From an uncultured virus (IMG/VR IMGVR_UViG_3300012274_000057) (Duplodnaviria > Heunggongvirae > Uroviricota > Caudoviricetes): a stretch of 64,000 nucleotides of DNA. The DNA lies in the IMG/VR virus record IMGVR_UViG_3300012274_000057, positions 124,001-188,000 of that record; one strand, written 5' to 3'. Shown one piece after another: positions 38,053-49,026 of this stretch (positions are counted from its first letter, which is position 1; each line of letters opens with the position of its first letter). The notes below the pieces were generated by a model that ran no database searches, was not told where the DNA came from, and saw only the letters and a list, made by a program, of their open reading frames with translations. The position numbers were made by a program, and so were the translations under genes.

Positions 38053-40305
38053 CTAGTCTATAATTTTATCATTCATATTAGCATCTAGTGCTCTGATAAT
38101 AATATTTCCATTATTGTCTGTTTCAGTAAATTCAGTATCATCGAAATCATATACAAATAATCCATTTTCAGAAGTTGCATGAGCAAGATAATAATCATAT
38201 ATAACTTTATAGATTACTTCTTTCATCCCTATAGCATTTTTATTAACTATATCTTCTATATCGTTAATATTGCTTATACCAAATAAATCAGTTAATTCAT
38301 TTATATTAGTATTTATAGATTGTTCCATAGTGGATATATTATTCATAAATAATTCATATAATGTATTATCATTAGGAATATATTTTAGTATGGTTAGATT
38401 CTTTGAACTAGAAATATCTGTATCAATTATTTTTATCTTATTAGCATCAATATCTATTAATTGATCCTTTCTAAGCTTTCTTCCATTTATAAAGAATAAT
38501 AATAAATCTTTACTTAACGGATAATTTATGTCACTTCTACCAACTACAAGATTTCCTGTTATAGGCACATTAGGATTAACTGGAATTTCTTCTAGAATAA
38601 ATGGCATATAAAAAACTTCCACTTTATCAGATTTCCTCAAAGGTATATTAGTATATATAGCAACTTCATCAAAAGGTCTAGTTGTCTTTATAATGGTAAT
38701 CCTATAATTCTCTCTAGGTATCATTTTACCATTTACATATACTAAAAATTTACTCTCATCATTACAGTACATAAAATCATTGTGAGGAAGTACAATATTA
38801 TAACATTCATCTTCTTGGATTATTTTAAACGAATATCTAAATATTGATTTAGGAACTAAGTCTAATGTCCTATCGTAATAATAAGAATTATCTGGATGTA
38901 TTTTGACAGTATTATTATCTAATCTTCCAGCTATAAAAGAAATTTCATATTTTACGTCTTCTCTAGTTTCTGTATCAAAATCTTTATGATAAGCATCCAT
39001 ACAATATATTTTACAATCATTTATATTAATACTAGAGCCTAGTTTCAATATACCTTTATCAGATGATAATAACTTTATTTTATAAATATTATTATTCACA
39101 TTTTTAAGATACATTACTTCTATTATATCCGTATCAATAATATTTATAACAGGAAATGTGAAGTTTTTATTTTTATAAGCTATCTGTGAATATTGCTCAT
39201 ATATCATACCATTTTTAAATACTATTACATAATTATCTAGATTGTCATTTCCTAGATTTCTAGACATAGTTACATAGCCAAAATTATCTTTTAGAGAATT
39301 TATATAATTACCACTATATTTTTTTATTGTAATAGGAGATTTATCTTCGTATACACTATTCATTAAAGATGAATTATAACTCATGATATAATTTAATGAA
39401 TTAATTAAATTTTGTTGATACGATAAATTCTTATCGTATTTAAAATCAAAGGGTTCTATCAATTGACTATAAGCACTATCCTGTTTATTTTTAAATTTAT
39501 CAAATAAATACCCTTTCTCTTCTATTCTTAGTAAGTTGTCTTTAGGATTATATAAAGTTAAATCATAAAATATCCTTGCTTCTAATATATCTCCACCATA
39601 AGAGTTTCCATCTATATCAAATGTATTTATCCCACATAAGGTTACTTCCGCATCCCTATGATATAAACCATTTTTAAATACTAATATATTTTCCCTAAGC
39701 AATTTTATTTCTTTTGACGCACTCGAATATTGCCTTCTATTAGATTCTATAGACATACGTTCATAATATATATCTGTATTAGGAATATATATTGCTGTAC
39801 AAATATCTAAAACTTCAGTAGTTAATCTACCCCTACTATTGAATATAAAATGGGCATTATTAGGTTGAGACGTAATTTGTTCTTGGTATTGGACTGTATC
39901 TGGTAATATTATGCATCCTATTTCCTCTGGATTTACTCTTCTAGTTTCTACATTATTTATAAGGATATAATTGTATTTACAATCACAAATAATAATTATA
40001 TCTGTCCATTTAATAAATTTACCATTTATAAATAGCATAAACGGCTTTATTTCTTTTTTAGATATAACTTTATCCAAAGTATCTGCATATACATGTCTCT
40101 TTCTATTAATCATAAATGGTAGATTACTGCATGTATATAATAGAGCAGTGTCCTTGTATTGTGAATGATTAAATCCATGTGTTCTAAAATTAAATCGTTC
40201 CTCTAAATTAAGTTTATAGTTATATGGAATTTTAAATTTTTGTTGATTAGACAGAGATGAATTGGTGTAATTTTTTAGACTTTCGATAGAATCTATAATA
40301 TTCAT
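38053..40305 (-). CDS. large beta-rich structural protein (baseplate/tail-like)
   Basis: repeated LFINGK/VFKNG/VYVNGK modules; located in the late block. Confidence 0.55.
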   Translation of the reverse strand: MNIIDSIESLKNYTNSSLSNQQKFKIPYNYKLNLEERFNFRTHGFNHSQYKDTALLYTCSNLPFMINRKRHVYADTLDKVISKKEIKPFMLFINGKFIKWTDIIIICDCKYNYILINNVETRRVNPEEIGCIILPDTVQYQEQITSQPNNAHFIFNSRGRLTTEVLDICTAIYIPNTDIYYERMSIESNRRQYSSASKEIKLLRENILVFKNGLYHRDAEVTLCGINTFDIDGNSYGGDILEARIFYDLTLYNPKDNLLRIEEKGYLFDKFKNKQDSAYSQLIEPFDFKYDKNLSYQQNLINSLNYIMSYNSSLMNSVYEDKSPITIKKYSGNYINSLKDNFGYVTMSRNLGNDNLDNYVIVFKNGMIYEQYSQIAYKNKNFTFPVINIIDTDIIEVMYLKNVNNNIYKIKLLSSDKGILKLGSSININDCKIYCMDAYHKDFDTETREDVKYEISFIAGRLDNNTVKIHPDNSYYYDRTLDLVPKSIFRYSFKIIQEDECYNIVLPHNDFMYCNDESKFLVYVNGKMIPRENYRITIIKTTRPFDEVAIYTNIPLRKSDKVEVFYMPFILEEIPVNPNVPITGNLVVGRSDINYPLSKDLLLFFINGRKLRKDQLIDIDANKIKIIDTDISSSKNLTILKYIPNDNTLYELFMNNISTMEQSINTNINELTDLFGISNINDIEDIVNKNAIGMKEVIYKVIYDYYLAHATSENGLFVYDFDDTEFTETDNNGNIIIRALDANMNDKIID

Positions 40306-41252
40306 TATATTGATTCTCCACCAACTCTTAATATTGCAGTAGCAAATGTAACCATATCTCTTCCAACAACTTTTTCAATTGTTTTTTGATTGTTTAAGTA
40401 ACAACCAACATAAACATTTGTAAGCAATGTTGCAAAAGAAGGATATAATTCTAATGCAAATTGAGTTCCAGTTCCATATAAATATAACCATTTTTCTAAA
40501 AATACTTCTAGAGTTAATTTAGGCAACCTAAGAATTTTACTTACATTATCTATAAATGTATTTATTGTAAGAAAAGCATCATCTGATAGTTGTATTAATA
40601 AAATTTCTTGTTCTCTTTCTGATAAACCTGATACATTTCTAGCAACAGATTTTATACTATCAGTCATATCCTTATTTAATATATTTATTGAATAGTATAA
40701 ACTAGCTAGATATAAACATTTAGATCTTGTAGCAGGAACAGTACTTATTTTATGAAGATAATCTACGATATGGGTAAATAACCCAGCAAAACATTTAGAA
40801 CCATTTTTTATTATTTCCTCCCTCATTACTAATCTTTTTGGGTCCATATAATAAATTAGTTGGTTCATAGCAGATACTAAATATGCTATAAATATATCTA
40901 TATTTACGCATTTATATTTACCATCTATTTTTTTTATTACATCACAGTCTATAAATACTTTTAATGCATTATCGCCTTTAATATCTTTAGCTGCAAAAGT
41001 TTTAAACGCTCTAGGTAATGGCGTTGGGTGAGTTAAAAGTATTACTTTTTTTGAATCGAGTACTTTTACCAATGCATTAGATACTTGTCTCTTCTTAACC
41101 TCATATCTTATATCATCAAAGGAATCATCTAACTTATTTATTTCTTCAGCAGTCATCATGTACTCGTATAATCGTTTCTCATAATTAGCCTTATTATATA
41201 AATAAGTATTAGCAAATGTTTTTGTTATTGGTCCTTTACTTAATTCTGGCAT
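40305..41252 (-). CDS. late hypothetical protein
   Basis: 315 aa; GGAGG RBS; late-type motif at 41283-41294 (-); stop overlaps the next start. Confidence 0.6.
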   Translation of the reverse strand: MPELSKGPITKTFANTYLYNKANYEKRLYEYMMTAEEINKLDDSFDDIRYEVKKRQVSNALVKVLDSKKVILLTHPTPLPRAFKTFAAKDIKGDNALKVFIDCDVIKKIDGKYKCVNIDIFIAYLVSAMNQLIYYMDPKRLVMREEIIKNGSKCFAGLFTHIVDYLHKISTVPATRSKCLYLASLYYSINILNKDMTDSIKSVARNVSGLSEREQEILLIQLSDDAFLTINTFIDNVSKILRLPKLTLEVFLEKWLYLYGTGTQFALELYPSFATLLTNVYVGCYLNNQKTIEKVVGRDMVTFATAILRVGGESI

Positions 41253-41367
41253 AATTTAGCCCTCCTTTTATTTCTTTATGTTTACATTTATGTTCACTAT
41301 AAGGGAAAATATATAATTATATATTTTTAAAAGAGTAGTAGTATAGGAATTTATCCTATACTACTTT

Positions 41368-42231
41368 TTATTTTCTTTTTAATAACAATTCTTTAGAGAC
41401 GAAGCCACTACTCTTTCCATGTCCACCGCCACCGAACTTCTCAGCTATTTTGCCACAGTTAATATCATCTTTAACAGTGAAAATAGAATACATATAAGCT
41501 TCTCCTGTAAATACATAACTACATACAAGATCATAATCGTTTATTTTATCTCCAAAAATAGCTGAATATGCTCTCCTATTTACAACTAAACACTTATGAC
41601 CTTCTAATAAAGATTCATAAGCATATTTATTTAGATATTCTTTAAACTCTTGTTTATTATATTCATTAATCACTTTACCTTTTTCAATAAGCTCATTAAT
41701 AAGTTTATTTTTATCATCATCTTCATTTAATTTTTCCCATATAGGATCTAGCGGACCATAGTTTGTTGCATTTAATCCTAATATAAAATATTCAGAGTCT
41801 TTACCTAATTCAAATTTAAAACAATCAAAATCACTTACATATTGTATAAACAAAGGACAATCTTTTATGCTGTATAGATCTTCAAAATACATACAAGCTA
41901 GACCCATACCAGATATACCCTCTAGTCTTAAACCTGCTATTTCTTCTTCTATCTCAGGATATTTCTCTATTAGTTTCATAGAAGATTGATGATGATCAAT
42001 CCAAACTATATTTTTTGTAATTTTTCTCAACTCTTGTAGCACATTATAGGAAGATTCCTTAAAAGAATAATCTACTATATATACTTTTTCATTTTTAGAG
42101 ATTTTATCTAATGGAAATGGCTTTAGATAATCTAATTCTATATAATCAGATTCTTTGGTATTTCCAGTGTGTTTTGATACTACATATGCAGCACCTCTTC
42201 CGTCTGCATCATCATGGTGTATAATTTTCAT
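41368..42231 (-). CDS. DHH/DHHA1 family phosphoesterase
   Basis: HHDDADG, IVDYS, WIDHH, FGGGGHGKSSGF; late-type motif at 42246-42257 (-). Confidence 0.88.
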   Translation of the reverse strand: MKIIHHDDADGRGAAYVVSKHTGNTKESDYIELDYLKPFPLDKISKNEKVYIVDYSFKESSYNVLQELRKITKNIVWIDHHQSSMKLIEKYPEIEEEIAGLRLEGISGMGLACMYFEDLYSIKDCPLFIQYVSDFDCFKFELGKDSEYFILGLNATNYGPLDPIWEKLNEDDDKNKLINELIEKGKVINEYNKQEFKEYLNKYAYESLLEGHKCLVVNRRAYSAIFGDKINDYDLVCSYVFTGEAYMYSIFTVKDDINCGKIAEKFGGGGHGKSSGFVSKELLLKRK

Positions 42232-42312
42232 TATTATCCCTCCTTTACAAATATGTTAAGCATACAAATTTATAATATTAATAACTTACTAATAATTGAA
42301 AGGGTGATTTTT

Positions 42313-43050
42313 ATGATTAAGAAATTATTAGAAGAATTATGTATAGATACGATTAAAGAAGATGAAGCAAAATATTTTTATAATGGAATAGGAGTTCCAA
42401 GAGTAACAGAAATTTTAAGTTCAATGTTGCATGAAGAATATTTAATGCAATGGGCTAATAGAATAGGTTTATATAGAAAAAAGAAATATGAAGATGAAAG
42501 AGATAGAGCAGCATTTATAGGAACAAATGTACATGAATGTATAGAAAAATACTTAAAATGTAATAATTACGATATCATGAATATAGATGAATTATCTAAA
42601 GATAAAGTGGTAATAAATTCTATAAATAATGGGGCTAAATCATTTATTTTATGGTACGATGAAATTATCAGAAATAATCAGTTTGAAATAATTGCTCAAG
42701 AACAATCCTTATCATGTCAATGGTTTGGAGGCACATATGATATGTTATGTAAAATAAATGGTAAAATATATTTAGTAGACTTTAAGACGAGCAATCATAT
42801 ATCATATAAATATTTCTTACAACTAGCTGCATATAGGTATATGATATTTTTGAATTTGGGTATAAATATAGATGGATGTATAATTCTCCAAGTTGATAAA
42901 AAACAAATAGCATTTGAAGAATATGTATTAGATTTCTCAATAAAAGACCATTATGATTTTATAGAACAATGTTTCACTACATTTCTATCATTGATCTATG
43001 CCTATTATAATAAAATGATTACTATAAATATGTATAATAATATTTTTTGA
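42313..43050 (+). CDS. PD-(D/E)XK-family (exo)nuclease
   Basis: PRVTEIL, GTNVHE, GGTYD...LVDFKTS, LQLAAY; start moved to ATG 42313 after AGGGTG. Confidence 0.8.
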   Translation: MIKKLLEELCIDTIKEDEAKYFYNGIGVPRVTEILSSMLHEEYLMQWANRIGLYRKKKYEDERDRAAFIGTNVHECIEKYLKCNNYDIMNIDELSKDKVVINSINNGAKSFILWYDEIIRNNQFEIIAQEQSLSCQWFGGTYDMLCKINGKIYLVDFKTSNHISYKYFLQLAAYRYMIFLNLGINIDGCIILQVDKKQIAFEEYVLDFSIKDHYDFIEQCFTTFLSLIYAYYNKMITINMYNNIF

Positions 43051-43520
43051 TGAGGTGTTACAAAATGTATTTTGATGCTATTATGAAATATATGAATTTA
43101 TATAATATTAAAAGAAATAAATTATTTAAAAACATTTATAAGATGATATATTATTTTAAATATATAAAACCAATGATTGTGTTTGAAACAGATATATTGT
43201 CATATAAATATATTAAACCATTATATAATTTAGTAAATTTATTTGGTACTATAAAATATAATAAAGGGCAAATAAGTTCAATTAATAACAGACTGATTAT
43301 AGAAAATATTATTATTTATAACAAGATTACAATTAATCTATATGATTATGATAAGGAAATAGAATTGATAATAGATAAAGATGATTCAACAAGGATTATT
43401 ACAAATATAATCCATAGAACTTTTGATGAAGCGATAAAGGATGAATTAAATATATGTAATAAAATTATACAATATTGTATAAAACATGTTTGTAGGATAA
43501 TATTTTTAAGAAGAGGTTAA
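43047..43520 (+). CDS. hypothetical protein
   Basis: ORF coupled to the upstream stop and followed by a terminator. Confidence 0.5.
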   Translation: MMRCYKMYFDAIMKYMNLYNIKRNKLFKNIYKMIYYFKYIKPMIVFETDILSYKYIKPLYNLVNLFGTIKYNKGQISSINNRLIIENIIIYNKITINLYDYDKEIELIIDKDDSTRIITNIIHRTFDEAIKDELNICNKIIQYCIKHVCRIIFLRRG

Positions 43521-43577
43521 TCCTCTTCTTTTATTTTTTACTTTAACCTTAACAGATTAATAAAGGAGTGATTAAAT

Positions 43578-44774
43578 ATGATACCAATGGTTAAATTTAT
43601 ATCTGAGGAAGAGCAAATATATAATTTAAATATAAAAAATAATACATTAAGGGGAACATTAAAAGAAGTTCATATAGCAGATATTCATTTTGGGGTATTA
43701 GATCCAAAATATCAATACACTATTTTGACAGAACAATTTACAAATAAATTGATTAATTTAGATTTTGATGTATTGGTCATAGATGGAGATTTATATGAGC
43801 ACAAATTTATGAGTAGTTCAGACCCTATAATGTATGCATCATTATTTGTAAATGATCTTATAAATTTATGCAGAATTAAATCTGCCACATTCGTTATTCT
43901 TCATGGTACTAAATTGCATGATGATAATCAACTAAAAATGTTTTATCATTATCTAACTGATGAAACAGTAGATGTAAGAATAGTAGAAACTCCAAAATTT
44001 GAGTATATTAAAGGGGCTAAAGTATTGTGTATACCAGAAATGAATAATTTAGAGTCTTCGATATATGAAAATTTACTATATTATTCAGGATGGTATGATA
44101 CTGCATTTGTGCATGGGGAATATTTAGGTTCTATATATAGAGAAAAAAATGTTGTCCCAACTCTAGAAGGGCATACTCCTATATTTACATTAGATCATTT
44201 CTGTTATTGCAAAGGACCAATATTATCTGGTCATGTCCATGTAACAGGATGTTTTGCTGGTTATTATTATTATTGTGGTTCACCATATAGATGGAAATTC
44301 GGTGAAGAACAAGAGAAAGGGTTTTTAATAGCTCTTCATAATTTAGATACACAATGGCATTATGTACATTTAGAACCTATAAAATCATATAGGTATGATA
44401 CTATTAATTTAGATATGATGTTGATTCAAGACCCAAAAGATGTAATTGAGTATGTAAATAAATTACAAGAGCAAGGAATAGATTATATAAGGTTAGAATT
44501 TAAAAAAGAATTAAATGATAAAGAGATAGCCAACTTAGAAATATTAAAGAAATATTATAGGTCTATTAAAACTGTTAAATTAAAAATAGATAATGCTAAG
44601 AAAAATGAAATGTTGAAAGCCAATGAAGAACTAATGCAACAATATAGTGAATATGACTTTATAATGGATAAAAATTTATCCCCAGAAGAAATATTCTGTA
44701 GATACGTAAATATACAAGAAGGTTGTGAATTTATATCTGTAAATGAGCTGGTTGAATTATTAAAAGAAGAATAA
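43578..44774 (+). CDS. SbcD/Mre11-like metallophosphoesterase nuclease
   Basis: ADIHFG, DGDLYE, HGTKLHD, SGHVH, YCGSPYRWKFGEEQEKGF; late-type motif at 43551-43562. Confidence 0.85.
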   Translation: MIPMVKFISEEEQIYNLNIKNNTLRGTLKEVHIADIHFGVLDPKYQYTILTEQFTNKLINLDFDVLVIDGDLYEHKFMSSSDPIMYASLFVNDLINLCRIKSATFVILHGTKLHDDNQLKMFYHYLTDETVDVRIVETPKFEYIKGAKVLCIPEMNNLESSIYENLLYYSGWYDTAFVHGEYLGSIYREKNVVPTLEGHTPIFTLDHFCYCKGPILSGHVHVTGCFAGYYYYCGSPYRWKFGEEQEKGFLIALHNLDTQWHYVHLEPIKSYRYDTINLDMMLIQDPKDVIEYVNKLQEQGIDYIRLEFKKELNDKEIANLEILKKYYRSIKTVKLKIDNAKKNEMLKANEELMQQYSEYDFIMDKNLSPEEIFCRYVNIQEGCEFISVNELVELLKEE

Positions 44775-44803
44775 TTGAAAGTACTTGTAAAGGTACTTTC
44801 GAT

Positions 44804-44814
44804 TATATATTATA
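44804..44814 (+). promoter_or_regulatory. early-type promoter motif TATATATTATA
   Basis: exact motif upstream of a GGAGG RBS. Confidence 0.65.
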
Positions 44815-44849
44815 AATATAGAAATAATAAAAAGGGAGGATCAATTATT

Positions 44850-45095
44850 ATGAATATGAAAAAAGATTTGTTAATACAAGTTCATTGTAACGAATATAAA
44901 TATGAATCGGGATTGATAAAGAAGTGGGCTAATGAATTTTATAGTCTTCTATCATATGATAGAAGTACATGTATATCAACAATTAACTTTAAAGAAAAGG
45001 TTATAAAAATACACAGTAAATTAAAATTTCAAAAAAGAATAATTAATAGGCAGCGATTATATGAAAAAAGAAAAAGATTAGGAAGATCACTATAG
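44850..45095 (+). CDS. small basic hypothetical protein
   Basis: ATG 44850 follows GGGAGG; in frame with track ORF 44775-45095. Confidence 0.55.
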   Translation: MNMKKDLLIQVHCNEYKYESGLIKKWANEFYSLLSYDRSTCISTINFKEKVIKIHSKLKFQKRIINRQRLYEKRKRLGRSL

Positions 45096-45141
45096 TTTAA
45101 TTTATTAAAGTTTAAAAGAAAAAATAAAGAGGAGAGATATT

Positions 45142-45900
45142 ATGAATATGAATCAATTATGTAGGAGTTTAGCTAAATATACAAATTTTATAGCAAGGTG
45201 CAGCTGGGCAAATAAATCTATTGATAGGAAAACAATAGTAAGTACATCATATTATAAATTAATAGATGAAATATTAAAAGAAAATATTATAGACGAATTT
45301 AAAAATAAGATACAATTTTATTTCGATAAAAATGAACTAATTGAAAAGGATACTTTATATTATACAATAAAGGATTATAATATAGAATTTTATTATAAAA
45401 GATTTCATTTTGTTGTGCCTGATATTGGTACATACGATACGATAGAACAGCTTGTAGAATATATAAATAATAAGACACGTTTTATCATAAATAATAAAGA
45501 TTTATTTATAGATATAGAAAAATATATTGATGCAGTAAATCAATTAAAATGTGAATTGTATAGTAAAAATAATATAAATATATTTGAAATAGGTATGTTC
45601 GAAATTATTGTGATGGATAGAACTATATTGTTCTATGAAAATAATGTAGTACCTGGACATTCTCATGAAAACACCGATTTCATAAGCATAGATAAATTTA
45701 AAGAGATTGATAATAATGAATATAGAAATTATTACTTAGATAAATTAATAGATTTCCATATAAATTCTGTGAGGGATAAGATAAATGAAAATATAAAAAT
45801 TCAACAACAAAAATTAATAGATTTAGATGAAAATGAAACTGAATTAATAAATTTAAAAGAAACAATTAGAGATATAAGGGGTGTTAATCATGGAGAATAA
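45142..45900 (+). CDS. hypothetical protein
   Basis: GAGGAG RBS; 252 aa. Confidence 0.6.
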   Translation: MNMNQLCRSLAKYTNFIARCSWANKSIDRKTIVSTSYYKLIDEILKENIIDEFKNKIQFYFDKNELIEKDTLYYTIKDYNIEFYYKRFHFVVPDIGTYDTIEQLVEYINNKTRFIINNKDLFIDIEKYIDAVNQLKCELYSKNNINIFEIGMFEIIVMDRTILFYENNVVPGHSHENTDFISIDKFKEIDNNEYRNYYLDKLIDFHINSVRDKINENIKIQQQKLIDLDENETELINLKETIRDIRGVNHGE

Positions 45901-46060
45901 AAAACATTTTACAATGGAATTGATAGCACATAATGATCCATTTGAACAAGGTATGGTTATATATGGGTTTAAAGAATATAAACAGACCTATATGACAATT
46001 CCAGAATATCGTACATGCGAGCATAATATTCATTTAGTATGTAACTATGATATAAACTAG
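45890..46060 (+). CDS. 56-aa hypothetical protein (not in ORF track)
   Basis: AGGGG RBS; overlaps the upstream stop; MENKKHFTMELIAHNDPFEQ... Confidence 0.45.
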   Translation: MENKKHFTMELIAHNDPFEQGMVIYGFKEYKQTYMTIPEYRTCEHNIHLVCNYDIN

Positions 46061-46110
46061 ACTCATTGTCTAGTTTATTTTTTCTATGTTCCTGTAAAAG
46101 AAGAAAAAAT

Positions 46111-46145
46111 AAAAAGAGTATGCGTATTGCATACTCTTTTCTTTT
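46111..46145. terminator. bidirectional terminator between convergent genes
   Basis: AAAAGAGTATGC-gtatt-GCATACTCTTTT with A/T tracts on both sides. Confidence 0.75.
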
Positions 46146-46806
46146 ATTTAGATTTATAATAAAAATAATATTTAGTTGTCTCTTGTGTTTGATGATTTGT
46201 TTCTATTATCTTATCAATTAATTCATTATTATATTCAAATTCTAATGTACTTATAAGTTTATTCTCCATCTTTTTGTGATGAAACTTTAACTTATTTTCA
46301 TCATATATAAGGATATCTTCAAATTTTCTAAGTATATTACTTATATTAATATAATTAGCAGATAATATTATATTTGTATCTTCATTGTAATGTCCGTATG
46401 CAGAGTTGGTATTGAAATCGCCATCACGACGATATATATCTTCTTTAACATTTCCAGTAGATCTATCAATTATTTGACTAATAATATTATTGCTATCATA
46501 TTTATATTGTTCGTATATATTATTATCCAGAATCGGGCTTCTAATACATTCTACTAATTCAGATCTAACACATTCTATTGGAATAAATTCATCATTATCA
46601 TACTTAAAAAGATAAGTGTTTGTTTTATTATCATTATATAATAATGTACAACGACATTCTGTTTCAGTTTCAGCCAAATTTGAATATATATTTAGTACGC
46701 TAGATTTATCTTTTTCTCTTATAACTTCGCATGTAGATATAGCCACTTTATTATTCATTAACGATTTGGCAAATTCTATTTCTAATATTTTATCTATAAA
46801 ATACAT
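46144..46806 (-). CDS. YD-like repeat family protein
   Basis: YKYDSNN, YDENK and FEYNNE motifs. Confidence 0.55.
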   Translation of the reverse strand: MYFIDKILEIEFAKSLMNNKVAISTCEVIREKDKSSVLNIYSNLAETETECRCTLLYNDNKTNTYLFKYDNDEFIPIECVRSELVECIRSPILDNNIYEQYKYDSNNIISQIIDRSTGNVKEDIYRRDGDFNTNSAYGHYNEDTNIILSANYINISNILRKFEDILIYDENKLKFHHKKMENKLISTLEFEYNNELIDKIIETNHQTQETTKYYFYYKSK

Positions 46807-46822
46807 TACAATAACCCCCTAT

Positions 46823-47086
46823 TTATTTATATTTAAATTTAGATAAATCGACCCCTAGAGCCAATAATGCTAGCATTACGTAATCTTGTTTTTTCTTATC
46901 ATCTATAAATGTAAATAATTCTTCTATACATTTTGTAAATAAATCATATGATACAGATGGTATCAGATGCCTTTCAAAAATATCGTATTCCTGTATACTA
47001 TTTAATATACTTTTTACGCCTTTAAGGTAATTCTTTATCTCTGATTTATCATACCTTTCGTTTTCATATATTATTAAATTATTCAT
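46823..47086 (-). CDS. hypothetical protein
   Basis: GGGGG RBS; 87 aa. Confidence 0.55.
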   Translation of the reverse strand: MNNLIIYENERYDKSEIKNYLKGVKSILNSIQEYDIFERHLIPSVSYDLFTKCIEELFTFIDDKKKQDYVMLALLALGVDLSKFKYK

Positions 47087-47147
47087 TTTTTTACCCCCTA
47101 TTTTATAAAAGAATTAGGTATGATATACTTATCATACCTAAAAAATT

Positions 47148-47906
47148 TTATTCATATATATAATTTATGCACTCTCTTGTATGTTCTTTTTTAGTATTAT
47201 TAATAATTTCTTGTTTTAGTAACTTATTTTCATCATCATAGGTATTGTGGAATATATTAGTTTCTTTTATTTTATTAGTTTTTGAGCATGTTACTCGACG
47301 GGTAATTTTTATTTTATTACCATTTTCATCATATTCATATAATAAATTTATAAGATCAAAATTATTCTTCTTATATTTATCATAACAAATTGAATTTGTT
47401 TCTCTTATAGTTCCATCTTTATTTAATGATGACATACCAACGATATTCTTACCTATATATTTGCTATATTTATTATCCTCATAAATAATATTATTTTTAA
47501 GGGTTTCATTATTCATAAATGAACCAATTTTTCTACCTTGATTGTCATATGAATGGTGTATTGTACGAATTTTTTCACCTTTATAATATTTTTCTCTTCT
47601 TATAAGATTATTATTATCATCATAAAAATATAATAATTTATATTTAAGTGAATCAGATGAATTCTCATTTACTTCATATATTAATCCATTTCCATTTATA
47701 AGATATTCTGTTTTAACCTCTCTTTCATTAAATACTCTTATTATTTTCTTCTCTTGATATATAAATACATATTCTTCTTTATAATCTATTTCTAACGAAT
47801 TCAAATCTGTATATACCAAATTATTACACTTGCATTTATATATTCCTTTTTTAAACAAACTCTCTAATTGTTCATGATCTAAAAGAACTGACTTAAATAT
47901 TTTCAT
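47148..47906 (-). CDS. YD-like repeat family protein
   Basis: YDDNNNL, YDNQGR, YEYDENGN and YDDENK motifs. Confidence 0.65.
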   Translation of the reverse strand: MKIFKSVLLDHEQLESLFKKGIYKCKCNNLVYTDLNSLEIDYKEEYVFIYQEKKIIRVFNEREVKTEYLINGNGLIYEVNENSSDSLKYKLLYFYDDNNNLIRREKYYKGEKIRTIHHSYDNQGRKIGSFMNNETLKNNIIYEDNKYSKYIGKNIVGMSSLNKDGTIRETNSICYDKYKKNNFDLINLLYEYDENGNKIKITRRVTCSKTNKIKETNIFHNTYDDENKLLKQEIINNTKKEHTRECINYIYE

Positions 47907-47925
47907 AATTAATCTCCTCCTCTAT

Positions 47926-48120
47926 TTATAAAAGACGTGTTAAACAATTCTCTACTGCTTCTCCAACTTTTTTACTTCCATACATACTCCCATCTGAAAA
48001 CCCATCTAAATAAGCATCAATGTAACCCTTAATATAATCATCTGATTTATTATTTTTTCTTAACAGAACTATTTTCTCATTTAGCACTGCTACATTTTTA
48101 AGCATTCTTTCTTCATCCAT
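47926..48120 (-). CDS. small hypothetical protein
   Basis: GAGG RBS; GYxDxYxDGFxDG repeat. Confidence 0.55.
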   Translation of the reverse strand: MDEERMLKNVAVLNEKIVLLRKNNKSDDYIKGYIDAYLDGFSDGSMYGSKKVGEAVENCLTRLL

Positions 48121-48143
48121 ATCTTCATCATCCTCTCCTCTAT

Positions 48144-48563
48144 TTATAAATTTATATAAAACTTATGATTAATATATTCATGATTAGAATGAAAACTAGC
48201 TCCAATGTTCTTATAGAAATGTATTAAATCGCTTCTACATTCTCCTTCTATATATTTAAATCCCCACTGTTTGCCTATATCCTTTAAGTTTATCATAGCT
48301 ATAGTACCATATCCTTTATTTCTATATTCTTCCTCAATTTCAAAATATTCTAAATATATAGAATTTGTTTCTCCATCATCAGCCATTACTCTCATATGAC
48401 CAATATATTGATTTATAATAAAAATTTCCATATCGCCTTGTAAATCAACAAAATTTTCTTTTGTAAAATTCATTCCTGGTATTTTAAAATTAATTTTATT
48501 TTCCATATCCATCATCCTATCATTATAATAATTTAAACTCTTATAAATTGTTTCTATATTCAT
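48144..48563 (-). CDS. GNAT-family acetyltransferase
   Basis: FEIEEEYRNKGYGT (acetyl-CoA motif A) and FYKNIG. Confidence 0.8.
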   Translation of the reverse strand: MNIETIYKSLNYYNDRMMDMENKINFKIPGMNFTKENFVDLQGDMEIFIINQYIGHMRVMADDGETNSIYLEYFEIEEEYRNKGYGTIAMINLKDIGKQWGFKYIEGECRSDLIHFYKNIGASFHSNHEYINHKFYINL

Positions 48564-48649
48564 TTCTAGGTTTTAATGATTTAACCCATTCTAATAGATT
48601 TATATTTGTCTTCATTATCTCAATATCTAAATTATTTGCCTTTATTTTA

Positions 48650-49003
48650 TTATATATTTTTTCTGATTACTATACTACCATTGACTAATATTTCATCCTC
48701 TATTGTAAACCCGCATGGGATATTATCTGGAATATAGATACTATGTTTAAATGCGATATAGGTGCTTATAGTTTCTAAACTAGCATCATAATGACCGCTA
48801 CAACTCCAAGAAGTCTTATAATCTTTTCTATTCAGTATTTCAATAGTAGGCAATATTAAATCGTCGATTTCAAATATCACACCGCCACAATTAGTTAATG
48901 GGCACTTCGTATACCCATTATATTTTTTTGTATAAATATCATCTGTTTGATTTAATACTTCTTTACGAAATTTATTAAAACAATCTAAACAAATATAACC
49001 CAT
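48650..49003 (-). CDS. zinc-ribbon/CSGH-motif protein, probably truncated by a +1 frameshift
   Basis: CLDC...CPLTNCG...TSWSCSGH; a shifted frame stays open to about 48543. Confidence 0.6.
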   Translation of the reverse strand: MGYICLDCFNKFRKEVLNQTDDIYTKKYNGYTKCPLTNCGGVIFEIDDLILPTIEILNRKDYKTSWSCSGHYDASLETISTYIAFKHSIYIPDNIPCGFTIEDEILVNGSIVIRKNI

Positions 49004-49026
49004 AGATATTCCTCCAAACTTTATAT

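Noticed and set aside
42313..43050. Possible Cas4
   Set aside because: PD-(D/E)XK motifs are present, but not the C-terminal three-Cys Fe-S cluster pattern; no CRISPR context.
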